Source of the DNA: Bacteroidales bacterium
GTDB lineage: Bacteria > Bacteroidota > Bacteroidia > Bacteroidales > CAIWKO01
Assembly (NCBI GenBank): GCA_035389045.1
Contig: DAOORA010000020.1
Span: 1-64,000, forward strand
Direction of reading: 5' to 3'
Length of the DNA stretch: 64,000 nucleotides
The notes below the pieces were generated by a model. That model ran no database searches. It was not told where the DNA came from and saw nothing but the letters and a program-made list of their open reading frames with translations. The first letter of the stretch is position 1; each line of letters starts with the position of its first letter. Below, piece after piece: positions 31,379 through 41,784 of this stretch. Made by a program: the position numbers and the translations under genes.

Positions 31379-32887
31379 CTAATTAATGATGATAACCTTT
31401 TCAACATCTGTTGTTTTAGCCGTATTAACCTTAATCAAATACACTCCTTCTGGCAAGTCTGATATATCAATTATTGCCTTATTCCGATCCCCTGTTATTA
31501 TTTTCCTGACCTCAATTCCTTTTAAATTTACTAAAGAGATATGCTGAATGTTTTCTCCTTCAACTGTAAAGTTTTCAGAAGCCGGATTAGGATAACAGAT
31601 AATACCTTTTTTGATGTTTGTTTCATCTGTTGAATTGGTATTGGTATTTAAACAGACTAAATCCTCCTGAATAATTTTAGTATTGTAAACCAAATTAGCG
31701 GTTTCAACTGCAAAACCTGCATCTGTTGTGTAATTAGTTATAAAATAGGTGCCATATGATTCATTTCCAGTATTATATTGGATAGAGTCGTACTCACAAA
31801 ATCCATAACCATAAGAATCAAGTTTAGTAACTGAAAGGCCGGAATTACCGTCGGCAAAAATATAATTATCATTATTTGCCGGAATGATCTTAATCCCAAA
31901 CTGATCAACAAAAAACCTAGACCATTCAACATGATCTGAAGAATCAGTTTTGATATAAATTACGTGATTATCTGAACCATTATCCGGGAATGATAAAAGA
32001 CCGGTGTATAAATAACCTTTATCGTATGTTTTGACAAAGCTTTCCATACGGGTATAATTCACAGTGTCATTCGTATATATTCTTTTTGAAGATAAAATAT
32101 TACCTAAAGAATCAATATGAATTTTTACACTCTTCATATTTAAAACAGACGAATTATTATCGGTTAAATTAACCAGAATGGAATATTCATTATTTTTTTC
32201 TTTCATCACATCAACTAAATAATTAACCCGGCCATTTTCGTACTCTTTTTGCCATAAAAAATTTCCGTTTCCATCAACGAGATAAACAACTACTCTGAAC
32301 AGGTTATTACTTAAAGGGTTTTGTCCGAAGATAATTATTTTATCACGGGAATACCTCAGCAGCTTTCCGCACGGAGTGGATACGTTAAATTTCTTTTGCC
32401 AGATTATATCCCCTGTCCCGTTGCATTTTATTAAGGTCGTCAGGTCACAACCCTGTGTAAGTATAAAAAAACCATTATTATCTGTGCTGATGATATCTGT
32501 AAGCGAATTTACCGATGCGACGGGATGATAATACCTTTTTGACCATACCTGATTTCCGTTTTTATCAAATTTAGACAGATATCCTATGGTGCTATTAGGA
32601 AGTACATTTTTTAAAGTCCCGATGATATATCCCGAATCTGTTGTCTGAATTATTTTGTTAAAAATCCAGGTTGTGACAGGATCAATCTTCCTGCAAAATG
32701 TTGCGTGGGTGGTATTATCCAGTTTTAATATCTCACCATGCGATGTCAGACAAGCAAAGCCATTATCATATGTTTTTACAACATCTCTCAACAAAGCCGA
32801 GTTATAAGTTTTATAGAAATTAATCTGAGCGAAAGTCAGATTAATTGAGCAAAGAGTTAATACTAATGATAAAGTAAATTGCTTCAA
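31379..32887 (-). CDS. T9SS type A sorting domain protein with beta-propeller-like repeats
   Basis: TTG start, signal peptide, K.D.NG...W repeats, C-terminal YPNPA...ISDLPEGVYLIKV...KVII. Confidence 0.85.
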   Translation of the reverse strand: MKQFTLSLVLTLCSINLTFAQINFYKTYNSALLRDVVKTYDNGFACLTSHGEILKLDNTTHATFCRKIDPVTTWIFNKIIQTTDSGYIIGTLKNVLPNSTIGYLSKFDKNGNQVWSKRYYHPVASVNSLTDIISTDNNGFFILTQGCDLTTLIKCNGTGDIIWQKKFNVSTPCGKLLRYSRDKIIIFGQNPLSNNLFRVVVYLVDGNGNFLWQKEYENGRVNYLVDVMKEKNNEYSILVNLTDNNSSVLNMKSVKIHIDSLGNILSSKRIYTNDTVNYTRMESFVKTYDKGYLYTGLLSFPDNGSDNHVIYIKTDSSDHVEWSRFFVDQFGIKIIPANNDNYIFADGNSGLSVTKLDSYGYGFCEYDSIQYNTGNESYGTYFITNYTTDAGFAVETANLVYNTKIIQEDLVCLNTNTNSTDETNIKKGIICYPNPASENFTVEGENIQHISLVNLKGIEVRKIITGDRNKAIIDISDLPEGVYLIKVNTAKTTDVEKVIIIN

Positions 32888-32924
32888 TACTTTAATTCAA
32901 TATGTTTTCCAAAAATATACAAGA

Positions 32925-33380
32925 TCAGCGTTCTTTCTTGGTATTTTTCACATTCTTGACATTGGAAGGGCCTGCCTCCTGCCAGTTTTTCTTCGGCTGT
33001 ATGCCGGCATTTTTTGAACCTGCTATTGTTTTGGTGTTTTTCCAGTTTCCCCTGGATTTCACCGAAACATTTGAATAAGAGAATGTTCCTGCATTCTTTG
33101 CCGGGCCGGATTTTCTGTATGCGCCCCTCGATTTGGTGGATGCCTGCCTGGAACTCTTTTGCTTGCCATCCCAGCCCACTTTACGCCCGGGATTTTTTTT
33201 GGCCTGCGATTTTTTTGGTTTTCCGGTAGGCCATGTTGCCACCGATGCAGGTTGTACAAAGTTAATGAATTGCTGTACAGGCTTCTTTGCAGATTGGCCA
33301 CCAATGGAATAGGATTGCTCACCGCTTGCTGAAATCAAAACTGCTGCTAAAAAAAATATCAAAAACAATTGCCTTGTCAT
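32925..33380 (-). CDS. Hypothetical exported Lys-rich low-complexity protein
   Basis: Hydrophobic leader followed by a basic, probably disordered region. Confidence 0.5.
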   Translation of the reverse strand: MTRQLFLIFFLAAVLISASGEQSYSIGGQSAKKPVQQFINFVQPASVATWPTGKPKKSQAKKNPGRKVGWDGKQKSSRQASTKSRGAYRKSGPAKNAGTFSYSNVSVKSRGNWKNTKTIAGSKNAGIQPKKNWQEAGPSNVKNVKNTKKER

Positions 33381-33569
33381 CTGAAGTCTTTTTTAATTAT
33401 TACAAGTGTCAATTCTTTGTTTTATATATAATTATCTCCAATAAAATACTATCGCTTTAAATATATCTGTTATCCAAAACGTAAAAATACAAATAATAAT
33501 TGTAAAATCCAGAGTGTTTGATGAATATTTCTTGAGAAAGCTCATTAATATGCATCATCAGACCATTTA

Positions 33570-34616
33570 TTAATCTTCAGACTTTGTGATGACAGCCAGT
33601 TTATCCGGGCCAATATTTTCGATGCTTCTGACTTTTCCTTTGATCTCTGGCGCCCTGATGCCACTGAAGAAGAAATAATTACCCGTGAATACCCGTGCTT
33701 CATCCCAGCATCCGGCATCAATAAACGATTGCAGCGTTATCCTGCCACCTTCCACTATGAGTGATTGAATATTTCTTTTATATAAATATGTTAGCACCTG
33801 TTCTACAATTTGTTCGTTGAAATTCAGTTTCACCAATTCAACATTAGTGCCGGCTTCATTTTTAAGGGCGTTGAAGACCACCGTTGGTGCATTGGCGCTG
33901 AATATCTTAGCCGTTGAAGGAAGGACAAGTTTTTCATCAATCACCAGGCGCAAAGGATTATTTCCATGCCAGTCACGGACGGTAAGCTGCGGGTCATCGA
34001 GCAGGATGGTATTAGTGCCGGTCATAATGGACTGTTCCGTAGAACGCCAGCGGTGAACCAGCATACGTGTACTTTCGTCTGTAATCCAGTTAATATGAGG
34101 ATCCTTATCGTTTCTGTCCTTGTCAATATAGCCGTCTAAGGTCTGCGCCCATTTCAAAATCACATATGGGCGTTGTTTTATATGAATGGTAAAAAAGCGA
34201 TTATTCAGTTCTTTACACATATGTTCGCACATTCCCAGCAATACTTCCACCCCGGCCTGTTTCAGCCTGGCAATACCCCTGCCCTGCACCTCTGCAAAAG
34301 GGTCAGCGGCTCCAACAACTACACGCGGGATGCCTGATTCCATGATCAGATCAGTGCAGGGCGGTGTTTTACCTTGATGGCAACATGGTTCAAGGTTGAC
34401 ATATAAAGTACTGTTTTTCAACAAGTTTTTTTCTTGTACTGACCGTATGGCCACCACCTCGGCATGAGGCCCGCCAAAAACCGCATGATACCCTTCACCG
34501 ATGATAAAACCCTTATGAACGATCACACAGCCAACCAAAGGATTGGGCGCAACGTTCCCCATTCCGTTTTGGGCCAGCTGAATACAGCGCTGCATGTATT
34601 TTTCATCGGTATGCAT
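33570..34616 (-). CDS. ribD: Riboflavin biosynthesis deaminase/reductase
   Basis: PNPLVG, HAE, LEPCCHQGKTPPC, KWAQTLDG, DDPQLT, VEGG. Confidence 0.96.
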   Translation of the reverse strand: MHTDEKYMQRCIQLAQNGMGNVAPNPLVGCVIVHKGFIIGEGYHAVFGGPHAEVVAIRSVQEKNLLKNSTLYVNLEPCCHQGKTPPCTDLIMESGIPRVVVGAADPFAEVQGRGIARLKQAGVEVLLGMCEHMCKELNNRFFTIHIKQRPYVILKWAQTLDGYIDKDRNDKDPHINWITDESTRMLVHRWRSTEQSIMTGTNTILLDDPQLTVRDWHGNNPLRLVIDEKLVLPSTAKIFSANAPTVVFNALKNEAGTNVELVKLNFNEQIVEQVLTYLYKRNIQSLIVEGGRITLQSFIDAGCWDEARVFTGNYFFFSGIRAPEIKGKVRSIENIGPDKLAVITKSED

Positions 34617-34684
34617 GATGCCAAAGTTAATACAATAATTTTAATAAATTTACGTTTTGACAGCCAACAGGCATTAAAATATGC

Positions 34685-34692
34685 TACTTTTG
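34685..34692 (+). promoter_or_regulatory. Bacteroidota -7 promoter box (TAnnTTTG) for porQ
   Basis: TACTTTTG ~20 bp before the TTG start; equivalent boxes occur at 87-94, 2745-2752, 3617-3624 and 11480-11487. Confidence 0.55.
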
Positions 34693-34712
34693 CCACACTA
34701 ACCCGCAAACAT

Positions 34713-35765
34713 TTGAAAAGATTTTTTGCAGTACTTTTTTCAGTTTTTATTACTACCGGAGCCATAGGACAGACCGGAGGCAACAATACTTACGAATTTC
34801 TCAACCTGCCTGTTTCTGCGCGGGTGGCGGCCCTCGGGAGCAATTTTCTGGCCGCCGGCGATAACGACCTTTCCCTTGCCGTTGTAAATCCCTCGCTGAT
34901 AGGCGATAATCTGCACCACATGATCTCGCTGAGCTTTGCCGAATATATCAGCGATGTCAATTATGGAACGGTTGCCTATTCACATACCTTCAAAAAAGCC
35001 GGCAGCTTTGCCGCAGCCCTGCAATTTATTAACTATGGCCGGTTCCTCGAAGCCGATGAGGCAGGGATCACCTACGGCAACTTCAGTGGCGGGGAATATG
35101 CCCTGACGGCAGGATGGGGAAGAAAACTACACAAAAACTTTCTGCTGGGAGCCAACCTGAAACTTATCTATTCACAATTAGAAAAATACAATTCTTTCGG
35201 CATCGCAGTTGATGTTGCCGGCACTTATTATAATGAAAAGAACGGCTTTATGGCAAGCGCTTTATTTAAAAACATTGGCCGGCAGCTGGATGCTTACATC
35301 CCGGGAAACATAGAGCCCCTGCCGTTTGAAATTCAGCTCGGCATTTCGCAGAAATTCAACAAACTTCCCTTGCGTTATTCGATTGTCTATAACCACCTCG
35401 AAAAATGGGACCTGACCTATAGCGACCCCAGTGTTTCCAGCGTAGACCCTATAACGGGCGATACGATCTCAAAGGGCAAGGTGGAAGCATTTGCCGACAA
35501 ACTGATGCGGCATTTTGTACTGGGGGTGGAATTTTATATCGCAAAACGCTTTAATCTCAGTCTGGGTTATAACTATCAGCGAAGGCATGAACTGCGTACC
35601 GAGGTAAAAAAAGGCATAGTGGGTTTCTCATTCGGTTGTGGCATCAATGTTTACAGATTCCGTATCAACTATGCCTGGGCAAAGTACCACCTGAAAGGCT
35701 CGCCCAACACTATTACGATTGCAACCAATATCTCGGACTGGTTTTCCAAAAAAGAAAAGAAATAG
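34713..35765 (+). CDS. porQ: Type IX secretion system protein PorQ
   Basis: TTG start then signal peptide; GG..TYEFLNLPVSARVAALG, NPSLI, EPLPFEIQLG, GYNYQRRHEL. Confidence 0.85.
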   Translation: MKRFFAVLFSVFITTGAIGQTGGNNTYEFLNLPVSARVAALGSNFLAAGDNDLSLAVVNPSLIGDNLHHMISLSFAEYISDVNYGTVAYSHTFKKAGSFAAALQFINYGRFLEADEAGITYGNFSGGEYALTAGWGRKLHKNFLLGANLKLIYSQLEKYNSFGIAVDVAGTYYNEKNGFMASALFKNIGRQLDAYIPGNIEPLPFEIQLGISQKFNKLPLRYSIVYNHLEKWDLTYSDPSVSSVDPITGDTISKGKVEAFADKLMRHFVLGVEFYIAKRFNLSLGYNYQRRHELRTEVKKGIVGFSFGCGINVYRFRINYAWAKYHLKGSPNTITIATNISDWFSKKEKK

Positions 35766-35933
35766 TGTCTGAACGAAAACTCCATTTTCTTCCCCGCCTG
35801 CCCCAGTCAGCGATTTTATTGCAAAGGATCATCTTACAATTTCCCGTTCCTGATTAAAATATTTCTGTGGGATTATCTCCTATATAAAGCGCTGCCGCAG
35901 TCGGGCAGGGTTACGCTTGCTCCAAAAATGCTT

Positions 35934-36073
35934 GCTTCGATAAACTCAGCACGACGCATTTACCCCAGTAAACTCCGCTTTTTGTCGCTTCGCAAGCCTG
36001 CCTGGCTGGCCAGTCAGACAGGCCTCGAAACTGAACTTTTCGATTCAGACACTGGGTATAAGCTCAGACACTA
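35934..36073. repeat. Composite dispersed palindromic element
   Basis: GAACTTTTCGATTCAGACACTG (36033-36054) is identical to 46509-46530 and similar to 3487-3507; nested imperfect palindrome at 35996-36023. Confidence 0.65.
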
Positions 36074-36349
36074 AATAATTGTCCCCCCCCCTTTTTTAGC
36101 AAAGTTTACATCTTGGCCTGAGTGATTGTTTATCCGCTACTACCATCCTGACCTGGCGGTCCATAGATACCGGTAAAAACAGATTTTAATCAACCCTATG
36201 AGTAGGTGACAATTTTCCCATATTTTATTTACCAAAAACTGGATTTTTATAACATTTTTTATTATATTTGCATACAGGGTTTGATGAAAATTGCATCTAA
36301 ATAATTAAGTTTTTTTAAAATCTTTGTCAAACGATTTAATCCCACAATA

Positions 36350-36622
36350 ATGATGTCAATTTATGAACAAAACACAGGAACAGCCAATGGGTTCGCGGAT
36401 TATCATGCGATGATCTGTTCAGCCCTGGACCTCGAAAAAAATCAATTATGGGGATATGCCATTAAGATTTACAAAAAGATATTATCCTATAATCCAAATG
36501 ATCATTATGCTCTTTCACATCTAAAATATTGCAAAAGAATATATTATAAGCAGAAAAGCATTGTTTTTGCCGTGGCTGCCATAGTATTCTTCAGTGTGTG
36601 TGCCATTATTATTTTCATTTAA
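36350..36622 (+). CDS. Small protein with one TPR-like motif and a C-terminal membrane anchor
   Basis: AIKIYKKILSYNPNDHYA motif; terminal hydrophobic helix. Confidence 0.6.
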   Translation: MMSIYEQNTGTANGFADYHAMICSALDLEKNQLWGYAIKIYKKILSYNPNDHYALSHLKYCKRIYYKQKSIVFAVAAIVFFSVCAIIIFI

Positions 36623-36753
36623 TTTGTAACAAAATTTACAATAAGGCATCAATAGTATTGTTGTTTTGAAGGAATATAATGTACTTTTATCCTCTTTCAA
36701 CTGACAACGTTCAGCGCTCTTCAAAAAATAATATTAAATAAATTGCAATAAAT

Positions 36754-38004
36754 ATGAAAAACAAAATTAAATCCGGTCTGCTCATTGTGAGTATGATGTT
36801 GTGCAGCATGGCCAACGCACAGGTACCTCACAAAGACAAAGCTTTTTTTAAGGAATATCAGCCCGGGTATTATCAGAATTACATCCTGAAAGGCATAGAA
36901 GATTTTAATAAAAAAGATGAACCACCGAAAATTGAAACCCGTTTAAAAATGGATTTCAGCGGTATGAGTCTTCCCAACGACATCACTCTTTATAAGAAGC
37001 AATGGTACAATGACCCTGTTTCGCAGGGAAATACGGGTACGTGCTGGTGTTTTTCAACAACATCATATCTGGAATCAGAGATTTACAGGCTTAGCGGGCA
37101 ACAAGTAAAGCTTTCAGAAATGTACACGGTATACTGGGAGTATGTGGAAAAGGCAAAATATTTCATCAAAACCCGCGGGACATCTGCTTTTGCCGAAGGG
37201 TCCGAAGCCAACGCCGTTACCCGTATGTGGAAATTGTACGGTATAGTTCCGCTCGATGCATACAACGGAATGATGAAGGGACAATCCTACCATGATCACA
37301 GCAAGATGTTTGAAGAAATGAACAGCTACCTGCAGTCGCTGAAAAATTCGAATGCATGGAACGAAGAACTTACGATCAGTACCATTAAAAGCATCCTGAA
37401 TAATTATATGGGTGTTCCTCCGGCAAAAGTAAACGCAAACGGCAGGGAAATGACTCCGCAGGAATACCTGAAAGATGTTCTGAAGCTGAACCCTGACGAT
37501 TTTTGCGATGTGACCTCACTTTACGAAAAACCCTATTACACTAAGGTAGAATATAAGGTTCCCGACAACTGGTGGCACAGTGCCGATTATTATAACCTGC
37601 CACTGGATGATTATATGAAAGTCGTGAAAAATGCCATCCGCAAGGGTTATACCGTTGCCATCGGCGGTGATGTTTCGGAAGCCGGTTTCGAGGCAAACGC
37701 CCAGATAGCCATGATACCTACTTTCGATGTCCCTTCGGAATATATTGACGAATATTCACGGCAATTCCGTTTCAGTAACAAGACCACCACCGACGATCAT
37801 GGCTTGCATATCGTCGGCTATGTTGAAAAAGACGGTAAAGACTGGTACCTGGTGAAAGATTCAGGATCCGGGTCGCGCAATGTAGGCAAGCAAAGCAAGA
37901 GTTTCGGATTTTATTTCTTTCATGAAGATTATGTGAAACTCAAAATTATGGATTTCATGATCCATAAGGATATGATGAAGGATTATTTACCAAAATTCAA
38001 ATAG
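36754..38004 (+). CDS. C1 (papain/bleomycin hydrolase-like) cysteine aminopeptidase, exported
   Basis: QGNTGTCWCFS catalytic Cys, TDDHGLHIVG His, signal peptide. Confidence 0.9.
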   Translation: MKNKIKSGLLIVSMMLCSMANAQVPHKDKAFFKEYQPGYYQNYILKGIEDFNKKDEPPKIETRLKMDFSGMSLPNDITLYKKQWYNDPVSQGNTGTCWCFSTTSYLESEIYRLSGQQVKLSEMYTVYWEYVEKAKYFIKTRGTSAFAEGSEANAVTRMWKLYGIVPLDAYNGMMKGQSYHDHSKMFEEMNSYLQSLKNSNAWNEELTISTIKSILNNYMGVPPAKVNANGREMTPQEYLKDVLKLNPDDFCDVTSLYEKPYYTKVEYKVPDNWWHSADYYNLPLDDYMKVVKNAIRKGYTVAIGGDVSEAGFEANAQIAMIPTFDVPSEYIDEYSRQFRFSNKTTTDDHGLHIVGYVEKDGKDWYLVKDSGSGSRNVGKQSKSFGFYFFHEDYVKLKIMDFMIHKDMMKDYLPKFK

Positions 38005-38125
38005 TACCGGCACTCACTATTCAGAAAATTTCAGCATTGGCATTAGCAAATGGCCTTCAGGATATTCACAGTTTTTTTCATTATTTCGTATGAATTCTTG
38101 AGGCAACAATTTGTTATCTGACCGG

Positions 38126-41100
38126 TCAGTTTGCGGTATTGTTGATATAATGCCCGATCAGGACTGCATTGGCATACTGCAGCCATACGGTGCACCATCC
38201 CCCCTGCCCGTCGGCCTGGCCGAAATGTATTTCACAGCCATAATCATTGTTAGTCATACCGCTTATTATGGTTACGTTTGATGATCCTCCAGCAATTGCC
38301 AGTGAATTACAGGCCATTGTTGTTCCTTTTACTGTAATAAACCATACATCGCACCAGTCGCCGCCGGTATTGGTGATCTGTATATTACCCATCCCGTCCC
38401 AATATAAAACATTGGTTCCGTTACGTGTGGTGGCAATATTGCCGCTGTTAATCAGATATACCTTGCCATGGTGCACGCCATCAGCCATATCGGCATTCAG
38501 ATTGGCATTGACGGTTCCGTTTGAAACAGGAACATTTCCGCTGGCATTACCGGCCTGGTAACCATCATGCAGGTCGGCATTTAAGTTGTTATTGACGATT
38601 CCGTTAGAAACGGGGATATTACCGATAGCATTACCGGCATGATAACCATCAAGCAGGTCAGCGCTCAAACTGCCGTTGTGAACACCATCAACCATGTCAG
38701 CATTCAGGTTGAGATTGATGCTTCCGTTAGAAACGGGGATATACCCGTTTGCATTACCGGCATGGTACCCATCATGCAGGTCGGCGTTAAGATTTGAAAC
38801 CAATGTATTTGAACTGACAACCAGCGGGGGACCTCCCATCTGTGTAGAAATAAACTGTCCTGTAGCCCTTACAGACCCTCCCGAAACATCGAGTTTATAA
38901 GCAGGATTTATCGTTCCAATGCCCAAAAATCCACTGCCGGCATCAATGGTTATCCGTTCACCGAAACTTTCCTGATGTATGGAGAAATTCCCATTATTCG
39001 AGGCCTGCAGGTACCACTCTATATTGGCTGAACTATCTTTGATGCCAACATAAGTATTTCCAGAAGCTCCATAGTTGTCTCCTACAAAACGTGCAACGAC
39101 ACCATCACTTTTCCAAACATCAAGTTTTGTTACCGGGCTGATACGCCCAAGGCCCAGGTTCCCATTTGCAGATAATCTCATTTTTTCTGTATTGTTTGTT
39201 TTAAATACCAGATCAACACTATCCGTTGTACCGATAAAATTCGTACCGGCTGTTGTGCCAGAGTTTCCAGCGAGAGACCATGAAGATGAGGCAGGAAGCG
39301 TAACAAATCCGTCATCACTGAGATACAAGGTGTCGTGGCCTATGCTCAGCGACTGCAACTCGTTGGTCACCGACCCGTCCACTTCATATGTGAGGTAGCC
39401 GGCCGCTGCATGATTGCCCCAAGCAAAAGCCGTGTTCCAATTCATAATGTTTGTGTTTGTAATTCCGTTGGCAGGTGAGGAGCTGAAAAGCGGGTCAGTT
39501 TCGTTATAATGTGTCAGGTAGCCGGCTGCTGCATGGTCGCCCCAGCCAAAGGCAGTGTTCCAGTCACTGATGTTGGTAGTGGTAATACCGTTGGCAGGCG
39601 AGATACCAAAAACAGGATCTGTTTCATTTTGCCAACTCGCGAGGCCATTGGCGTCAGAAGTCAGCACTTTGTGTGCACCCTGTGTACCGTCAGTGATCTT
39701 TATCTGGCCTGTTACATCCAGTTTTGCTGCCGGGGTTGATGTACCTATTCCCACGTTGCCCTGGTATCCGTCACGGTCGCCGTCCACTCTCATATACTCC
39801 GTACCGTTGATAGCCATGATGACAGCGCCGTTATGTCCCGGGTCCCAGTAATTGCCGGGCGATTCCAGTCCGCTGCTCAGGATGAGATTACCGCCGGGGC
39901 CATAATTCGGCCCGCCGCCATTGACTGTAATAAATGCCCCTGTACCGCCGGACTGTCCCCCTGTGCCTCCGTTAAGCCTGACCGTCCCGCCTGTTCCGTT
40001 AAAGCCTCCCGGACCACCATTTAATGTTACATTGGCTCCTGCAATGTTAGTGCCACTGGTGCCAGCTGTCAGCGTTACAGCTCCTCCCATACCTGTGCCG
40101 CTGTTGCCCCCCTGCAAAGCGAGGGTGGCACCCGCCCCGGATGTATAGGTTGAAGCACCCGTAGCGCTGATATTTCCGATGTTGATCAGGTTTCCCAATC
40201 CATCCAGACGGGCAGTGCCACCTGTCATGATATTTCCTGAGGTATTGATGTTTCCGGTCTGGACATCAAGTTTCTGAGCAGGACTAGGCGTACCAATCCC
40301 GACATTGCCATTGTCAAAAACTGATGAGGATATCAGGGATAGTCCGTCCCATTTTGAAAGATAATTGACCAAATTTAAACCCACCTCTGGATCCGTTTCG
40401 GTGTATGAGGTCAGGTAGCCTGCATCGGCATGGTTGCCCCAGCCATAGGCAGTATTCCAGTTACTGATGTTGGTAGTGGTAATACCGTTGGCAGGCGAGA
40501 TACCAAAAACAGGATCTGTTTCAGTTTGCCAGCTTGCGAGGCCATTGGCATCAGAGGCAAGCACTTTGTTTACACCTTGTGTTCCGTCTGTGATTTTCAG
40601 CTTGCCTATTACATCCAGTTTGGCTGCAGGAGTTGATGTACCTATTCCAACGTAGCCCTGGTATCCGTCACGGTTGCCGTCAACCCTCATATACTCTATG
40701 CCGTTGATGGCCATGATGACAGCGCCGTTATGTCCCGGATCCCAGTAATTGCCAGGCGATTCAAGCCCGCTGCTCAGGATGAGGTTGCCTCCCGGGCCAT
40801 AATTCGGCCCGCCGCCGTTGACTGTAATAAATGCCCCCGTACCGCCGGACTGTCCCCCCGTGCCTCCGGTGAGCCTGACAGGCCCCCCTGTTCCGTTGTA
40901 ACCTCCCGGACCACCATACATTGAAACGCTGGCTCCTGCTATGTTAGTGCCACTGGTGCCGGCTGTCAGCGTTACTGCTCCGCCCATGGCTGTTCCGCTG
41001 TTGCCCCCCTGCAGGGCCAGAGCGGCGCCGGCTCCGGATGTATAAGTGGAAGCGCCCGTAGCGCTGATATTCCCGATGTTGATCAGGTTACCCAGACCAT

Positions 41101-41743
41101 CCATACGGGCAGTACCGCCTGTCATGATGTTACCAGAGGTATTGATATTTCCTGCCTGGACATCGAGTTTCTGAGCGGGACTTGACGTACCTATCCCCAC
41201 ATTACCATTGTCAAAAACCGATGAAGTAACCAATGACAGTCCGTCCCATTTTGAAAGATAATTAGTCAGGTTTAAACCGACTTGGGGGTCCGTTTCGGGC
41301 GGAAAGCCGGAAACGCTGTCTGCTGTTTTGGAATGTAAAGCATAGGGTACGCTGAGCAGTTGTGTGGTACCCATTACCACATAGGCGCTTCCACCGCTTA
41401 TATCCATTTCCACCTTTATAAAATATGGCCCGTCAGACCAGTCAACGGCTGCCATGGAGCCGGTCAACGGCGTACCGCCACCAATCTTCAGTACCGATAG
41501 TCCATAGACATTCGTGGTGTCGGAATGTGTTTCCACATATACAGCGGTACCCGTCAAGGAATCCTGTATTATGCTGACCCGGAATGAAACCGCATGATCT
41601 GAAATAATGTTTCCGGCATTATCCCTGACCACGGTCTGGTAATTAAACTTCTCTGGCGCCTGGGCAAAAGACGATGTGTTGATTAGCTGATTAGCCAATG
41701 CGACAATTAAAATTGCTACAAATTTTAGAATGTGTGTTTTCAT
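38126..41743 (-). CDS. Large secreted fibre/adhesin-like protein with tail-fibre-like repeats
   Basis: Signal peptide; N-terminal QAPEKFNYQTVVRD...QLLSVPYALHS module; GNVGIGT..P..KLDV repeats, Gly-rich segments and LNADLxDG repeats. Confidence 0.8.
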   Translation of the reverse strand: MKTHILKFVAILIVALANQLINTSSFAQAPEKFNYQTVVRDNAGNIISDHAVSFRVSIIQDSLTGTAVYVETHSDTTNVYGLSVLKIGGGTPLTGSMAAVDWSDGPYFIKVEMDISGGSAYVVMGTTQLLSVPYALHSKTADSVSGFPPETDPQVGLNLTNYLSKWDGLSLVTSSVFDNGNVGIGTSSPAQKLDVQAGNINTSGNIMTGGTARMDGLGNLINIGNISATGASTYTSGAGAALALQGGNSGTAMGGAVTLTAGTSGTNIAGASVSMYGGPGGYNGTGGPVRLTGGTGGQSGGTGAFITVNGGGPNYGPGGNLILSSGLESPGNYWDPGHNGAVIMAINGIEYMRVDGNRDGYQGYVGIGTSTPAAKLDVIGKLKITDGTQGVNKVLASDANGLASWQTETDPVFGISPANGITTTNISNWNTAYGWGNHADAGYLTSYTETDPEVGLNLVNYLSKWDGLSLISSSVFDNGNVGIGTPSPAQKLDVQTGNINTSGNIMTGGTARLDGLGNLINIGNISATGASTYTSGAGATLALQGGNSGTGMGGAVTLTAGTSGTNIAGANVTLNGGPGGFNGTGGTVRLNGGTGGQSGGTGAFITVNGGGPNYGPGGNLILSSGLESPGNYWDPGHNGAVIMAINGTEYMRVDGDRDGYQGNVGIGTSTPAAKLDVTGQIKITDGTQGAHKVLTSDANGLASWQNETDPVFGISPANGITTTNISDWNTAFGWGDHAAAGYLTHYNETDPLFSSSPANGITNTNIMNWNTAFAWGNHAAAGYLTYEVDGSVTNELQSLSIGHDTLYLSDDGFVTLPASSSWSLAGNSGTTAGTNFIGTTDSVDLVFKTNNTEKMRLSANGNLGLGRISPVTKLDVWKSDGVVARFVGDNYGASGNTYVGIKDSSANIEWYLQASNNGNFSIHQESFGERITIDAGSGFLGIGTINPAYKLDVSGGSVRATGQFISTQMGGPPLVVSSNTLVSNLNADLHDGYHAGNANGYIPVSNGSINLNLNADMVDGVHNGSLSADLLDGYHAGNAIGNIPVSNGIVNNNLNADLHDGYQAGNASGNVPVSNGTVNANLNADMADGVHHGKVYLINSGNIATTRNGTNVLYWDGMGNIQITNTGGDWCDVWFITVKGTTMACNSLAIAGGSSNVTIISGMTNNDYGCEIHFGQADGQGGWCTVWLQYANAVLIGHYINNTAN
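39503..41296 (-). repeat. Intragenic tandem duplication, 897-bp (299-aa) period
   Basis: ETDP Glu codons begin at 41296, 40399 and 39502; the two protein copies are near-identical. Confidence 0.93.
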
Positions 41744-41784
41744 CTTTTACATATTTATATTTGTTGTTTTTACATATGGTTTTA

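Noticed and set aside
34464..34712. N-terminal extension of PorQ overlapping ribD
   Set aside because: The signal peptide and -7 box point to the TTG at 34713; the extension is partly antisense to ribD
38126..41743. Prophage or tailocin tail gene
   Set aside because: The protein has a Sec signal peptide and there are no phage structural, lysis or integrase genes nearby
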